Assembly: GCF_016432865.1 (NCBI RefSeq)
Contig: NC_067403.1
Coordinates: 197,532,001-197,596,000, forward strand
DNA: 64,000 bases
Source of the DNA: Antechinus flavipes
Lineage: Eukaryota
Direction of reading: 5' to 3'
The translations under genes and the position numbers were made by a program. How positions within the stretch are numbered: the first letter of the stretch is position 1; every line of letters starts with the position of its first letter. The notes below the pieces were generated by a model that had not been told where the DNA came from, searched no databases, and saw only the letters and a program-made list of their open reading frames with translations. This document shows, one piece after another, positions 1-11,190 of this stretch.

Positions 1-139
1 CCCAGTGTCCTATTAAGCCTCCTAGAAGTTTCCATTGCTCCATTCATTTTAGGTCAAGAAGGTTTTGATCTTCTTGATGAAGAAAATTCACAGGTAGCCA
101 CTGAGGAAAGACACCCTTGCAAGTCTCTTCTGCTATTTT

Positions 140-1085
140 TCAATTCAATTTGATTCAACAAAGATTTATTACATATCTATATTATCCTGAGTATTGCAGA
201 CACAAAGACAAAAAGGAACCCCTGACTTCAGAGACTTTACATTCCTAAGGAAGGGGTAAGCAAGATAAATACCAAATAAATATAAAGTAAGTCAAGAGAG
301 CACTAACAACGGAGATGGAGAATCAAGAAGGGCTTCTTGTAGGAGGTGGCACTTGACATAAATCTTGAAGGTAACTATGGATTTCATGAGAAAGCGCTGG
401 AAAGGTGGGGAGAAGAAGCATTCAAAGGAGGAAGGACCACTTCTAAAAAATTATAGAAGTGGGAGATGGAATTCTCTCAATAAGATTTCTCAAAAGAAAA
501 ACCAAAATGATTTAGCAATTACTATTCATTGTATCACTATGATGAGGTCCAAGAATGATGTAAAAATTTGGTAAGAAATAATCCCCATCTTCTCTCACAA
601 TCTAGCAGGTGGTTTAGACAAAAACTTTACATGGTTAGTGCATTTGAGGTGCAAACCATGTTTTGTGCAATCTTTAAGGGGAAAAAGCTCTTTATCTACT
701 GAAGGCTCAGATATATAAAGACAGCTTGCCATAATCCAAGTGGTGAGAGCATGAGCTAGGATGATGACTGTGGAAATGGAATGAAGAGGATGTATATAAG
801 AGATGTGAATGTAGGAATGGCAAGATTTGGCTATGAAAGGAGAATGAGAGTCAAGAGTCAAGTATGACACCAAGGTAGAAACTTGAGTGACTGGAAAAAT
901 GGTAATACTCTCAACAATAACTAGTAAGTTTGTAAGAAGGAAAGATTTCGGAAGAAAGATAATTAACATGTTAAATTTGAAATACCCAAGTGGACATGAT
1001 ATGGTGATGTGGGATTGTGGTGAAGAAGAGATATTATGGCTAATATATAGAACCTAAAATCATCTGCATAGAGATGAAAATTAAT
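140..1085 (-). mobile_element. L2 LINE fragments (3' tail and internal), degraded
   Basis: Antisense L2 tail motif (ttcaattcaatttgattcaacaaagatttatt...gcagacacaaagacaaaaagg...ctttacattcc) followed by typical antisense L2 internal sequence (gatgacaccaagg...gagtgactggaaaaatggt...aatcatctgcatagagatg). Confidence 0.6.
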
Positions 1086-1199
1086 TAATCTTATAAACAA
1101 AAGGAAACCATTAAGGGTCTGTCACCAGGATAGAGCTAAGTCCAACAGTCCATACTGAATAGACTGGCTGCCAAAAAAGCCAAGGTATTGTGTTTTCAG

Positions 1200-1420
1200 A
1201 GGAGCAGTATGGAATATCATTTAGAGAACTGGCTCCAGAGCCAGGAGGACAAGAATTCAAGTCTCACTTTTGACACACACTGGCTATGTGACCCTGGGTA
1301 AATTATTTAAACTCTTTATACCCCCAGATAACTCTCTAAACTCAATTTCAGGGTACGTACAAATCTGCATTGGTAGAAGGGATTCTTCTAGGAGATTCTT
1401 GTGTAAATAAAATAAAAAAT
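1200..1420 (+). mobile_element. MIR-family CORE-SINE
   Basis: tRNA-like head with degenerate B box (gaattcaagtc) and core sequence gctatgtgaccctgggtaaattatttaa. Confidence 0.7.
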
Positions 1421-1559
1421 CCAGACAAAAAAAATAAAATTATGGTTTTAGGACAGATGTTACCCAGGAGCCTATTCAGAAACAAGGAAAATTCATGCAA
1501 TTAGCATGATATAAGCTCTTCACAATAGAATACAAACCCCTTGAGGACAGGGATTGTTT

Positions 1560-2400
1560 TTTGTTTTAATTAACATACATTTAATTTCTGCCCTCCTTCC
1601 ATTCCCACCTCCTTCAATTAAAAAGAAAAGAAATATCCTTGTAACAAAGAAATAACCTTGTAATATAATCAGGCAAAATAAATCCTTACATTGGCCAGGT
1701 CAAAAAAATGTGTCTTGTTCTATATCTTGAATTCCTTCTCTCTCTCTCAGGAGATTGGGCCCAATGTTTCATCATTAGTCCACTAAAATCATAACTGTTT
1801 ATATATTGATCAAAAATATTGAATTGTTCAAAATTGTTTCTATATAAAGCATTCTCTAGTTCTGCTAACTTCATTCTGCATCAATTCATGTGAGTATTCT
1901 TAGTTTTCTCTGTAACTGTTCCCTCCATCACTTCTTTAAGCACAATGGTATTCTATTACATTCATATACATAGATACATATATATATATATATATATGAA
2001 TATATAATTCATATAATGGATTTGTTCAGCCATTTCCTAACCAATCAATGGTTACCTACTTAGATTCCGATTCTTTGCCACTACAAGAATAGCTACTATG
2101 AACAATTTTGTTGATGTGTGTAGTTTAATCTTTTATAGGCTCATTGGGTAAAGAAAGACTATTCACAATTTAGTGACTTAGGGAGCATAGTTAAAATTGT
2201 CTTTCGGAATGGCCGAACCCATTCACAGCTCCACCAATGATACATTAGTGTGCCTGCTTTCACACAACCCCCTCAACATTTGTCATTTATATTTTTGTCA
2301 ATTTTGCTAATCTGATGAAAGTTATTTTAATTTTGTTTCTCTAATGCAAATTTTGATTTATTTTTTATTTTTTCATTTGCTGGTTGGATTTTTTTTCCCT
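1560..2400 (-). mobile_element. Old marsupial L1, 3' UTR plus ORF2 C-terminal region
   Basis: Antisense L1 signatures: ttgttcagccatt...caatggttacctac...ctttgccactacaag; ccattcacagctccaccaa...cccctcaacatttgtcattt. Confidence 0.75.
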
Positions 2401-2619
2401 TTGGAAACTGAAGGGCTAATTTTGGTTTAATTTTTTTTAATTTTTTTTTTTTTTTTACATTTGAATATCTAACACAATGTCTGACCCCAAATAGGTGCTT
2501 AGTAAATGCTTGTTGATTAACTGACTTGGTGATCAAAAAGTATTTGGCATTTTCATTAAAAGATACCACTAAACAAGAAATTTTCAAAGTATTCTTTTTC
2601 CTATATAAGTATAAATAAT

Positions 2620-2960
2620 TTTAAGTTACAGGACCTGAGTTCTAATCCAGAGTCTGCTACTAACTATCTGTAAGATCTTGGTCAATCCTTTCTCTTCTCT
2701 AGCCTTAAGTTTGAAGGGGTTTGGAATAGATGACTTTTCAGGTCTCTTTCATATCCAAAGCTATTGTCTCATGATCCAAAGCCTGATTCTGAACCACTCC
2801 TTCAATAGGATCCTAGAATGCCAAGGCTATAACTAACCTTTGGGATCATCCAATCCTATCCCATTTGACAAATGAAGAAAGTGAGGCTTCTTAAGATGAG
2901 TAACTCATCTAAGAATGAACGAGCACAGAGCTGGGACTTTTAGACCACACTAAACTGGCC
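2620..2960. mobile_element. Two MIR fragments (first +, second -)
   Basis: gacctgagttctaatcc...ctactaacta (sense core) and tttgacaaatgaagaaagtgaggct (antisense core). Confidence 0.6.
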
Positions 2961-3439
2961 CTCTTGGCCAAAAGTCCTGTGATCTCAGTTTGCTAAGGAA
3001 GCCCCGGGCCATCCCAGGATGAAGTCTCTGCATTAACTCCAAATTTCCTTGCTCTTTATCTGTCATTTGCACCACAAGCATTTCATGACTTAAACATGAA
3101 TTGTTTTTCTCTTCTCTCCAGGCCTGAGCAGGCCCAGTGACTGCCAGCTCGTGAATCAATCTGTCATAACCAAGTACCACAGCTAATCTCATCAGAGCCC
3201 AAAATGCCGGCAAATCAGGTACCTGTAAGAAGTGGTTATGCGTGTTAAATGTTCACTAATAGTTAAGGTCTGCATCTCTTTATAGCAGTACATCTTTATA
3301 CTGACTTCCCAGTACCTGGCAGGATCTGTAGGCTGTTGTTAATGCCATATCCTGGAGCTGTAGGGGAGAGATGATGTTGAACTTCCTGCTCTAGCTCACT
3401 TTGGGTGGGCTCTGAGACATCTACAAAATAGCTGGGGGT

Positions 3440-3800
3440 ACTAGAATCAGAGTACCTCAGAGATAGAGAGAATCTTAGAACATAGAATGTGAAAGCTATC
3501 ACATGGCTTAGAACAGAAAATGACAGAGCTTACCGGGACCTAGAACACAGAACAGAAAATGTTAGTGTGGGAAGGGAACCTAGAACCCCAAATCAAGAAA
3601 CTTTAAAACACAAAATTTTAGAATGTAGAATATAATACTTGTAAGAACCAGGAGAGACCTTGGGGCATGAAACACAGTTTCATAATGGGAAGGAACCATA
3701 GAACAAAGACCACAATGTTAGATTTAGGGGAAAACTTCAGAACATGGAAAGTTAATGTTAGAACACAGAATGTCAAACCTAAAAGGAATCTTATGGATTA
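3440..3800 (-). repeat. Degenerate approximately 33-bp minisatellite derived from the L3/MIR3 3' end
   Basis: Recurring unit close to TAGAACACAGAATGTCAGAGCTGGAAGGGACC, the reverse complement of the L3/MIR3 terminal sequence GGTCCCTTCCAGCTCTGACATTCT. Confidence 0.65.
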
Positions 3801-3975
3801 GAGGTTCTTAATGATTTTTAGATCATAGTCCTCACTGGTGGGTGAAACTTAATTTTAGTGTGGTTCATTAGTTATATTCATAATTAAAAGAAACACTAAA
3901 TTTTAGTGGAGATTAGTGAAAATAAAGATGTAATATTTTTTCCCCATCCTACTTCGAAGACCTTCTGAAATCTGT
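3797..3975. mobile_element. hAT-Charlie type MITE remnant
   Basis: Begins agaggttcttaa (decayed CAGGGGTTCTTAA terminal repeat); interior gaaataaagatgtaattttt-like motif is typical of this group. Confidence 0.5.
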
Positions 3976-4179
3976 TTATACACACTACTCCAACTCTGGC
4001 AGTAAGACAAGAAAAGAGGCTTCCAATGGAGAATTGACTTGTTTTGGATCTTACCTCAAGTTCACAATGGAGTCAGCAACAGAAATGGAACTAGTTCCTT
4101 CCAAGTTGGTCCAGAACCCCTTCCATTCCACAAGGCTGTCCTCTTTCTGATGGGACCCCTCAAGCATACCTCTCATTTG

Positions 4180-4480
4180 TGTGGAAAGTGCAGTCAATGT
4201 GAATTGATCAAAACCAAATTAACTGCAATTGGTTCCAATATTTCGCCTGTTTACACATTAGCTTGCTACCTTTAACATAGAGATGTATTGAATTCAGCTT
4301 AGCAACCTAGGCATGAATGCGCTGGCCTTTAAAGAGAAACTTATCTGTAATTAAAATCATGCACAAGTTTTAGAGAGAGCCTGTTTACAACTGAGGAAGA
4401 AAGCTGATTTTAAAAATGAATAGGTTTCCACATACAGGCTGAAGTGTTTAATTCGGAAATAAATCCTCTAAAAATTATGT
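4180..4480. promoter_or_regulatory. Candidate enhancer / conserved non-coding element (FOX plus homeodomain motifs)
   Basis: Repeat-free; gcctgtttaca (forkhead TGTTTAC) occurs twice, at 4245 and 4379; several TAATT cores. Conservation not verified. Confidence 0.4.
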
Positions 4481-4619
4481 GCCATGGTTTCCCCCCCTTT
4501 CTCCCTTTCTTTCCTTTCTTGGGCCAGTCTGGGGGTCTTTATTGTTGTTGTTGTCTGCCTTATCTCCAGAACTGCCACATGATGGACAAGCTACTGGCTC
4601 CCCCAGAGAGGGGAGGAAT

Positions 4620-5130
4620 TCGCTGTGGAAAGGGGGCGCTCAAGCTCATCGACCATAAATTAGTGCAGTTAAAATCAGCCTGGCAGAGTTATTCAAAGTT
4701 TATGTTTCCTTGTAAGCAGACAGTAGTTTCAATATGGGTAAAGTATGGTCCATAAATCACGTGGCACTGAATTTAGGTGACGGGCAATACTGCTCTTAGA
4801 ATAAGAACGAGAACACAGATAGGGCAGGCGCAATAAGAAAGTGATTTACACCGAGGATGGGTGGTGGATGGCTTGTGATAATTTAGGAGGGTAATTGTGG
4901 TGGCTACGCCAGACTGTTTAATTGCAAGGGTGCATTGATATATAATACGGTGGACGTGGTAATAATGCTCTGGGTTATAAAATGGCATTTGCATAATCTG
5001 TACTAGAGTTTATTCTTCTTAGAGCAGATAATATAGCCTCCGACAGGAATCAAATTGTTTTTGAGTGTATTGATTGCAATTAAGGACACAAATATGAGTG
5101 CTTAGATAAGGTGGGTGTTCAGGGGAGCAC
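4620..5130. promoter_or_regulatory. Candidate developmental enhancer (PBX-HOX, POU, E-box motifs)
   Basis: 12 CpGs counted in 4621-5042; CCATAAATCA at 4750 (reverse complement TGATTTATGG); TGATTTAC at 4842; CACGTG at 4758; octamer ATTTGCAT at 4987. Confidence 0.55.
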
Positions 5131-6169
5131 CCAGAAACATTCACAGAATTAAAGTTTCTGTTATTACCAAGCTGAGATGGGGATTCTAAGAAAGTCATTA
5201 TGAAGCCAGAGCAGCTGGTATTTCTCTAGCAGACCTGGAGGCTAGCCAAAGGATTGGTATTTTTTTGCCCTTAATTACCCCCTCGGAGGCTGACTTGTAG
5301 CCTCTTGGGGGAAAGAGCTGGGAAGGAATAGATGTTGACTGATTATGGGCATGAATACTGTAATCACAGAATATCAAAGCCGGATGGGCTCAGAAAACAT
5401 CTAGACCACCCAAATTCAAGCAAGAATTCCTTCCAGAACAATAGGGTTAAGGTGAGGGAAGTATTTTGTAAACTTTAAATGGTATTATTAGTATAAAAAG
5501 AACTGATTTTTATATGATGCTCTAAGGTTTGCAAAGTTAGTCAATCTCCAAACATTTATTAAACACTTAATATATGCTAGACATTGAGATACAAAGTAAG
5601 ACAAAAACATAGTCCATGTCCCCAGAAAACTTCACAATTCTGTGAGGGAACCAACTATTATCAACTTTATTTTACAGATAAGGAAATTGAGGCTGAGAGA
5701 CTTGTTAGGTGACTTGTCCCAGGATCTCCTAGCCTTTGAAGCCAGGTCTTCTTGATACCTAGCCTTATATTTGAGCCTTGATAAAGGGGAGTAGTTATTA
5801 CCATCTATTTGTCCTATCATTGTTTCTACTTTTCTGAATTTCTGCCCTACCATTGTTTCCATTTCTCTCCTTAGAGGTCACATAAAAGAAGTCTAAGTCA
5901 TTTTCTTTATGAACCTAGATCAAAGATTCCCAATCTTTTCTCATCTCCATACCCCTAGCTTCTATATAATAGGAAAGAAAATAAATTCTCGAGTTTAACA
6001 TCCATTATCATATAAGAAGAAAGGCAGGTTTGGCCTTGTAGCCTCAAATTCTATATGGCCTGAGACCTACCTTGTTGTCTAAGTTGGTGGGAAGGTCACT
6101 TTGCCCAGTGTAACTATAAGAATCTCAATATGAAAATTATTATATCTGCCTTGGGAGACATTTCATTTA

Positions 6170-6510
6170 GGGCAGCCTGTTGTAGGGAAATCAGGATACC
6201 TGGATTTGAGTTCCATTTCAGACATTTATTAGCTCTGTGACACCCAGAAAATTAATTTTGTTTCTTTGAGCCTCAGTTTCCATAGCTGTAAAATGGAAAT
6301 AATGTTTATACAGGGCAGCTAGGTGGCACAGTAGATAGAGCATCAGTCCTGAAGTTAGGAGGACCTGAGTTCAAATCTGACCTCAGACACTTAACACTTC
6401 CTAGTTGTATGACCCTGGGCAAGTCACTTAACCCCAATTTCTTCAGCCAAAAAAGAAAGAAAGAAATAATGTTTATACTACTTGTCTCAAAGACTTGATG
6501 TGAAACAGGT
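6170..6510 (+). mobile_element. MIR host element interrupted by a WSINE1-like insertion
   Basis: MIR core gagcctcagtttcc..ctgtaaaatggaaataat resumes after the insert as tacttgtctcaaagacttgatgtgaa. Confidence 0.75.
6312..6462 (+). mobile_element. WSINE1-like marsupial CORE-SINE with 16-bp TSD
   Basis: gggcagctaggtggcacagtagatagagc (A box), gagttcaaatc (B box), acacttaacacttcctag, A-rich tail; identical TSD gaaataatgtttatac at 6296-6311 and 6463-6478. Confidence 0.9.
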
Positions 6511-6632
6511 AGGTGGTACAGTGGATAAGTACCAGTCCTGGAGTCAGAAAGACTTGAGTTCAAATTTCAGACCCTTATTAGCTATGTGATCCTGAGCAAG
6601 TCACTTAACCCCAGTTGCCTTGCCAAAAAAAA
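6507..6632 (+). mobile_element. Short marsupial CORE-SINE
   Basis: ggtaggtggtacagtggataag...gagttcaaat...aagtcacttaaccccagttgccttgcc followed by an A tail. Confidence 0.8.
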
Positions 6633-6819
6633 GACAATGTAAGAAATGTTCAAAGTGCTATTAAAAAGGAAGGTAGAGTATTGAACATGGCAAAGAAAGA
6701 GCTTTGGATTTGAAATCTTATCTGGATTCAAATCCCACCATTGTGATTCTTGTGATTTCCAGCTTGGACTTCAGTTTTCTTATCTGTAAAATAAAGAGAG
6801 CATTGAATGAGATGATTAC

Positions 6820-7140
6820 AAAGGTCCCTGCCAGCTCTGAAAGTCATGATCTTATAATAGCTGTCTTCAGGTATTTGAAGGACCGATATGAAGAAGATGG
6901 ATTAACTTTGTTCTGCTTGGCCCTAAAGGGCAAAACCATGGAAGTTACAAGGGAAGATTTCAACAAAATACAAGAATAAGTTTCCCAATAAGAGCTATCT
7001 CCAGATGGACTGGGTCACTTTAGGAGGAAGTGAATTCCCATCAATAGAACTCCTTCAGCAAAGGCTGGATGACCCCATGTCAAGAACGCATCGTGGATTG
7101 CACTAGATATTCTCTGAGGCTTCTTCTAGCTCTGAGTCTG
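6820..7140 (+). mobile_element. L3/CR1 LINE 3' end
   Basis: gctgtcttcaggtatttgaagg...ttgttctgcttggccc...agtgaattcccatca...aggctggatgacc...ttctagctctgag, the typical L3 terminus. Confidence 0.75.
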
Positions 7141-7859
7141 AGACTCTGTGCTTAGGGAAGGGATTCAGTCTCATTATCATTATTATCAGGAAAGGTTGGA
7201 AGTCAGTCCACCAAACTCACTGGTGTCTCTCACTTGGTTGCTATTGACTTGCCTGCCCAGGTACCATCTTGAAGATCAAAGCAGAAAATATATGGGGTTT
7301 GGGCAAAATGAGGATGGGGTGGGAATGTGGCCATGGATGCACAATAAACCAAGCTGGAGCTGGAGTTGGAGCCAGAGCTGGAGCCTGATTGTTTGTAAGC
7401 ATGACCTTTTACCAATTCCATTTCTCTGTCATCTTTGAAAGTCTTGTTTTGAGGGGTCGTGATAAGGGTAGAAAAGCATCAGTATCCCAAATGTCATCCC
7501 ACTTCTTCAAACAAGGCAGATTGGAAAATTGAAGAAAGATCTTCTTGGGCTAAAGTGGGAAAGGGGATATAATAAAGAAATGGGAGTGGGGGGATGGGGA
7601 GAAAAAAAAGGAAGGAGAGAGAAACAATAAGATGGGGAGGGTAAGAAACAAGACGGGAGGGGGCCATGACAGACAGAGAGAAAAAAGATGAGAGGACAGA
7701 GAAAGTCAGAGACAGAGAGAAGTGAAGTAGTACAAAGTAGAATTTGATTTCCAGTTACTCAGTCTTCCAACAAGAGCCTAAAGAACAATGACATTGAGAT
7801 AATATTAATTCCCATGAATTCATCACTTTACTCAGTATAAACTCAAGAATCAAAAGACC

Positions 7860-8120
7860 TAGCTCAAGCATCACTTTCTATATGAAGCCTTTCCTGATCG
7901 CCCAATGATTAGTGCTCTCCCTCCCCAGGTACCTTGAATTTAGTTATCTATTATCTACTTTATATTTATTCTTATATATGTAAATAAATACATACACATA
8001 TACTATATATGTCTACATGTCATCTCCCTTGGTAAAAAGTAAGCTTCTTGATAATGGGAATTTTTTCTTCTTTGTATCTATATTCTCTAGTACATATTGG
8101 TGCTTAATAAATATTTGTTG
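7860..8120 (+). mobile_element. L2 3' tail
   Basis: atgaagcctttcctgat...gtaagcttcttga...gtgcttaataaatatttgttga. Confidence 0.7.
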
Positions 8121-8639
8121 ATCACAGAACCTCAGAAATAAGGGATCTTGGGGACCAAACCCCTTACTTTATAAAGAAAGAAACTTGGGCCCAAAGAGAT
8201 TAATAATATCTGACACTTATTATTGGTTGACATACAATACTCCAAACAACTCTGTGAGATAAGTAATGCAAATAACTGTCCACATTTTACAGGTGCAGAA
8301 GCTGAGATTTAGTAAGGTTAAGTGATTGGTCCCCAGTCTGTATGATTGTAAGATAGTCAGAGGGAGAGCTGGGATTTGATCCTATGTTCATCTGTCTCTT
8401 TTTGATATCACATCCCATTCATTTCCTTGTGTCAGGTGGCAGCTTCAGAGCCATGTCCTGGGCTGTTCTGCAATATTAACAAAGAAACCATACTAATGTT
8501 AGAGTCAGATGGTCTGGATATAAGTACTGACTCTTGCACATACAAGCAGGGGGACCTGAACAGATCACTCTGTCCCCTCAATTGGTAAAAGTCTCTAAGG
8601 TCTTTTGCAATTCTGAATCTGCAATGGTTTTGATCTAAT

Positions 8640-9110
8640 TCCAATGGCTTTAGATAGAGATGTAAATGTTTTGCTTATTTTTCATGTAGATGACACAGTC
8701 CTAAAGAGCTAGTTAATACAATGGGAGACAGCCAGGATTAGCAAAGATTTCCACAGATCAGAAGATTGAATATTCATAATAGGATGAAATTTAATAGGGA
8801 AAAATGTTCTCTACTACAATTTAAAAAAAATTACACTCAAGTACAAGATGGAGAAAGTATCATTTGACAATTTATGTTGTTGTTTTTTTTTTTTTTAAAG
8901 AGGTCTAGGAGTTTTAGTGAGCACAACTTTAATGTAGGTCAACAGGGCAACAAAGAAACTTGAACCTGGTTCATGCCATGTTAAGGCTACATTAATGTAA
9001 ATATATGAATGACCTAATCAGGAAAGTCAGAGGGGATTTAGTGTGGAAAGGTAATCATAAAGATATTCCAATATACCCCAATTTTATGCCTCTGGACAGT
9101 GGTTTATTGC
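8640..9110 (+). mobile_element. L3/CR1 reverse-transcriptase C-terminal fragment, decayed
   Basis: ttttcatgtagatgacaca (decayed FADD-type motif), ggatgaaatttaatagggaaaaatg, caagtacaagatgg, ctaggagttttagtg. Confidence 0.65.
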
Positions 9111-9504
9111 TGGCAGGTTTGAAATGTGTTTCCTTAGATTTTGTAGTTCCTTTTACCTTTCTGGTAATACAGTGGGCAACCCATTCCCTTCATGTGTTGC
9201 CAAAACTTATCCCATAATGATGGAAGTCCAAATTCTTAAGCCAACAAATGTGGGAAAGGATTTGTCTTTATTATTACTGATTTGTTGGATTAGTTACAAT
9301 CACAGTAGCTTATCAGAACAACTTTTTGATGCTAGTGATAATGACTGATGGCTCCCTAACGATAACTAAAATATTTTTCTCTGTTGTTGTACAGATAAAA
9401 TAATATGTATAAAGCACTTTAAATCTTAAAGCACTATGCAAATGTTATTATCTCTGAAAATAAAAGTTGAATGTAAAAAAAGATATTCCAATACATCCCC
9501 TTTA

Positions 9505-9507
<3 letters not shown>

Positions 9508-9560
<53 letters not shown>
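9508..9560. repeat. (CA)n microsatellite, about 26 units
   Basis: Perfect CA run. Confidence 0.98.
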
Positions 9561-9563
<3 letters not shown>

Positions 9564-9589
9564 ATGGTACATAAACATGCTAAGATTGA

Positions 9590-9735
9590 AACTCAGGTTC
9601 TTAACCCTGTTTGCCTAAGTTTCCTCATCTGTAAAATGTGCTGGTGATGGAAATGACAAACTATTCCAGTATCTTTGCCAAGAAGAACCCAAATGGGGTC
9701 ACAAGGAGTCAGACGTGACTGACAAATGACTTAAA
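9590..9735 (+). mobile_element. Mar1-like SINE with RTE-type tail
   Basis: ttcctcatctgtaaaatg...ccagtatctttgccaagaagaacccaaatggggtcacaaggagtcagacgtgactg. Confidence 0.8.
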
Positions 9736-9811
9736 AACTCTCTTTTTCCAAATATAAGCTTCTGTCCATCACATTGAAACTGTCTCATGAACTAGGGAAA
9801 ATGGATAAAAT

Positions 9812-10040
9812 CAGAAGTGTCAAACATTTGGCCTGCAGGCCCCACGTGGTCCACAATACTCCCAAGTGTAGCCTGACTCAGATTCAAATATAACTTGGAA
9901 ATATTAACAAAATTTTAAAAATGTTAAAAACATAGATGATGTTAATAAGTGATTTTCTAAGGCAATACTATATATGGCTTGCAGAGATTTTTATGTATAG
10001 TCTAGTGGCTCCCATTACTATTTGGATTTGACACCAGAAG
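9812..10040. mobile_element. hAT-type MITE
   Basis: Decayed terminal inverted repeats cagaagtgtcaaa ... tttgacaccag; GC-rich subterminal ggcctgcaggccccacgtgg. Confidence 0.7.
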
Positions 10041-10339
10041 ACTAAATGTTTTCTTACAACCCATCTAGCCCTGAATTTCTATACCTTTGGACCTTAATAT
10101 CAGTATCTACTTGGTTCTACTGGATAATAGCTCAAATTAGGAATGTGGACAGGGCACTCATATATAATCCTGCTCCATATTCCTCTCTCCTTCACCTTCC
10201 CTGCTGTCCTTCAAAGCAAGTCTCGGAGGTAATCAATCAACAAGTATTATTGTCTATGTGTCAGGCACTATGCTAAGTACGGGGGCTACACATATAAAGA
10301 AACAATCCTTTCTCTCAGTGAGCTTATTCAGAGTGAGGC

Positions 10340-10445
10340 TGATGATTTTGTTCAATACTACTTCACTTCAATTCAAAGTCAAACTAGCATTCCATGATGT
10401 TATTGATCCTCTTTGGAAACCAAAGATGAACAACAACAACATTCT
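10340..10445 (-). mobile_element. RTE-associated marsupial SINE fragment (WALLSI/MdoRep-like)
   Basis: Ends gatcctctttggaaaccaaagatgaacaacaac; same family as 27595-27935 and 35775-35918. Confidence 0.55.
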
Positions 10446-10807
10446 AATGAGAGAAGCAACAAGTTCATACAATATGTGGATTTATATATATGTAATATAT
10501 GCAGTTTAATTATAATGTTAATAAATCAGATATAGGTTAAATATGTTTTATGTGTAATCACTTAAAAAGTTGTTGAATAGCACTGACCAATTTTAGACCA
10601 CATACTAAGAAGGTGATAGATGGTTATTTGGTGATACATATATATCTTAGAGATATAAGTAAGATTCCCTTCCACCATTTTTAAAAGACATCTACAGTCA
10701 TGGAGGAATAGGTTCATAGGTTTATAGCTTCATAAAATGTCAAAGGTGAGACTAGGAAGGAACATTAGAGAAAAAAAACATGTCGAAGGTAGAGATTAAC
10801 TTTAGAC

Positions 10808-11050
10808 TTGTTCAGTCATTTTTATCCACATTAGACTCATGACCCAATTTAGGTTTTCTTGGCAAAAATACTTGAGTGGTTTGCTATTTCCTTCTCCAGC
10901 TTATTTTTACAGATGCATAACTGAGTCAAATAGTGTTAAATGACTTGCTCAGGGTCACGCAGCTAGTAAGGGTTTGAGGCCAGATTTGAACTTAGGAAAA
11001 TGAGTTTTCCTGACTCCTATCCCAGTGCTCTATGCACTATGCCTATCTAA
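10808..11050 (-). mobile_element. Mar1-like SINE
   Basis: gttcagtcattt...ggttttcttggcaaaaatacttgagtggtttgctatttccttctccagc...gccagatttgaacttagg. Confidence 0.8.
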
Positions 11051-11190
11051 ATACAAAATGTCAGAGCTGGATGGTCATTTAGATTGCATATTAGAGTTAG
11101 AAGTGATCTTAGAACTATAAAATATTAGAGATTATAAAAGGATCTTAGACTATAGAATAACAGAGCTAGAAGGAGTCTTAAGACACTGAT
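11050..11190 (-). repeat. L3/MIR3-end minisatellite array
   Basis: aaaatgtcagagctggatggtcatttag / ttagagttagaagtgatcttagaactataaaat / aacagagctagaaggagtcttaag. Confidence 0.6.

Noticed and set aside
3296-3502. Minus-strand ORF with a possible small exon (ctacag..ccag|gtactg)
   Set aside because: It begins in the minisatellite, the donor is weak and no protein was recognised.
6312-6400. tRNA-like A and B boxes at SINE heads
   Set aside because: They are SINE promoters; no cloverleaf is present, so no tRNA gene is called.
9059-9493. 15-bp repeat aaagatattccaata at a 420-bp offset
   Set aside because: AT-rich and does not bracket a single coherent element; not defensible as a TSD.
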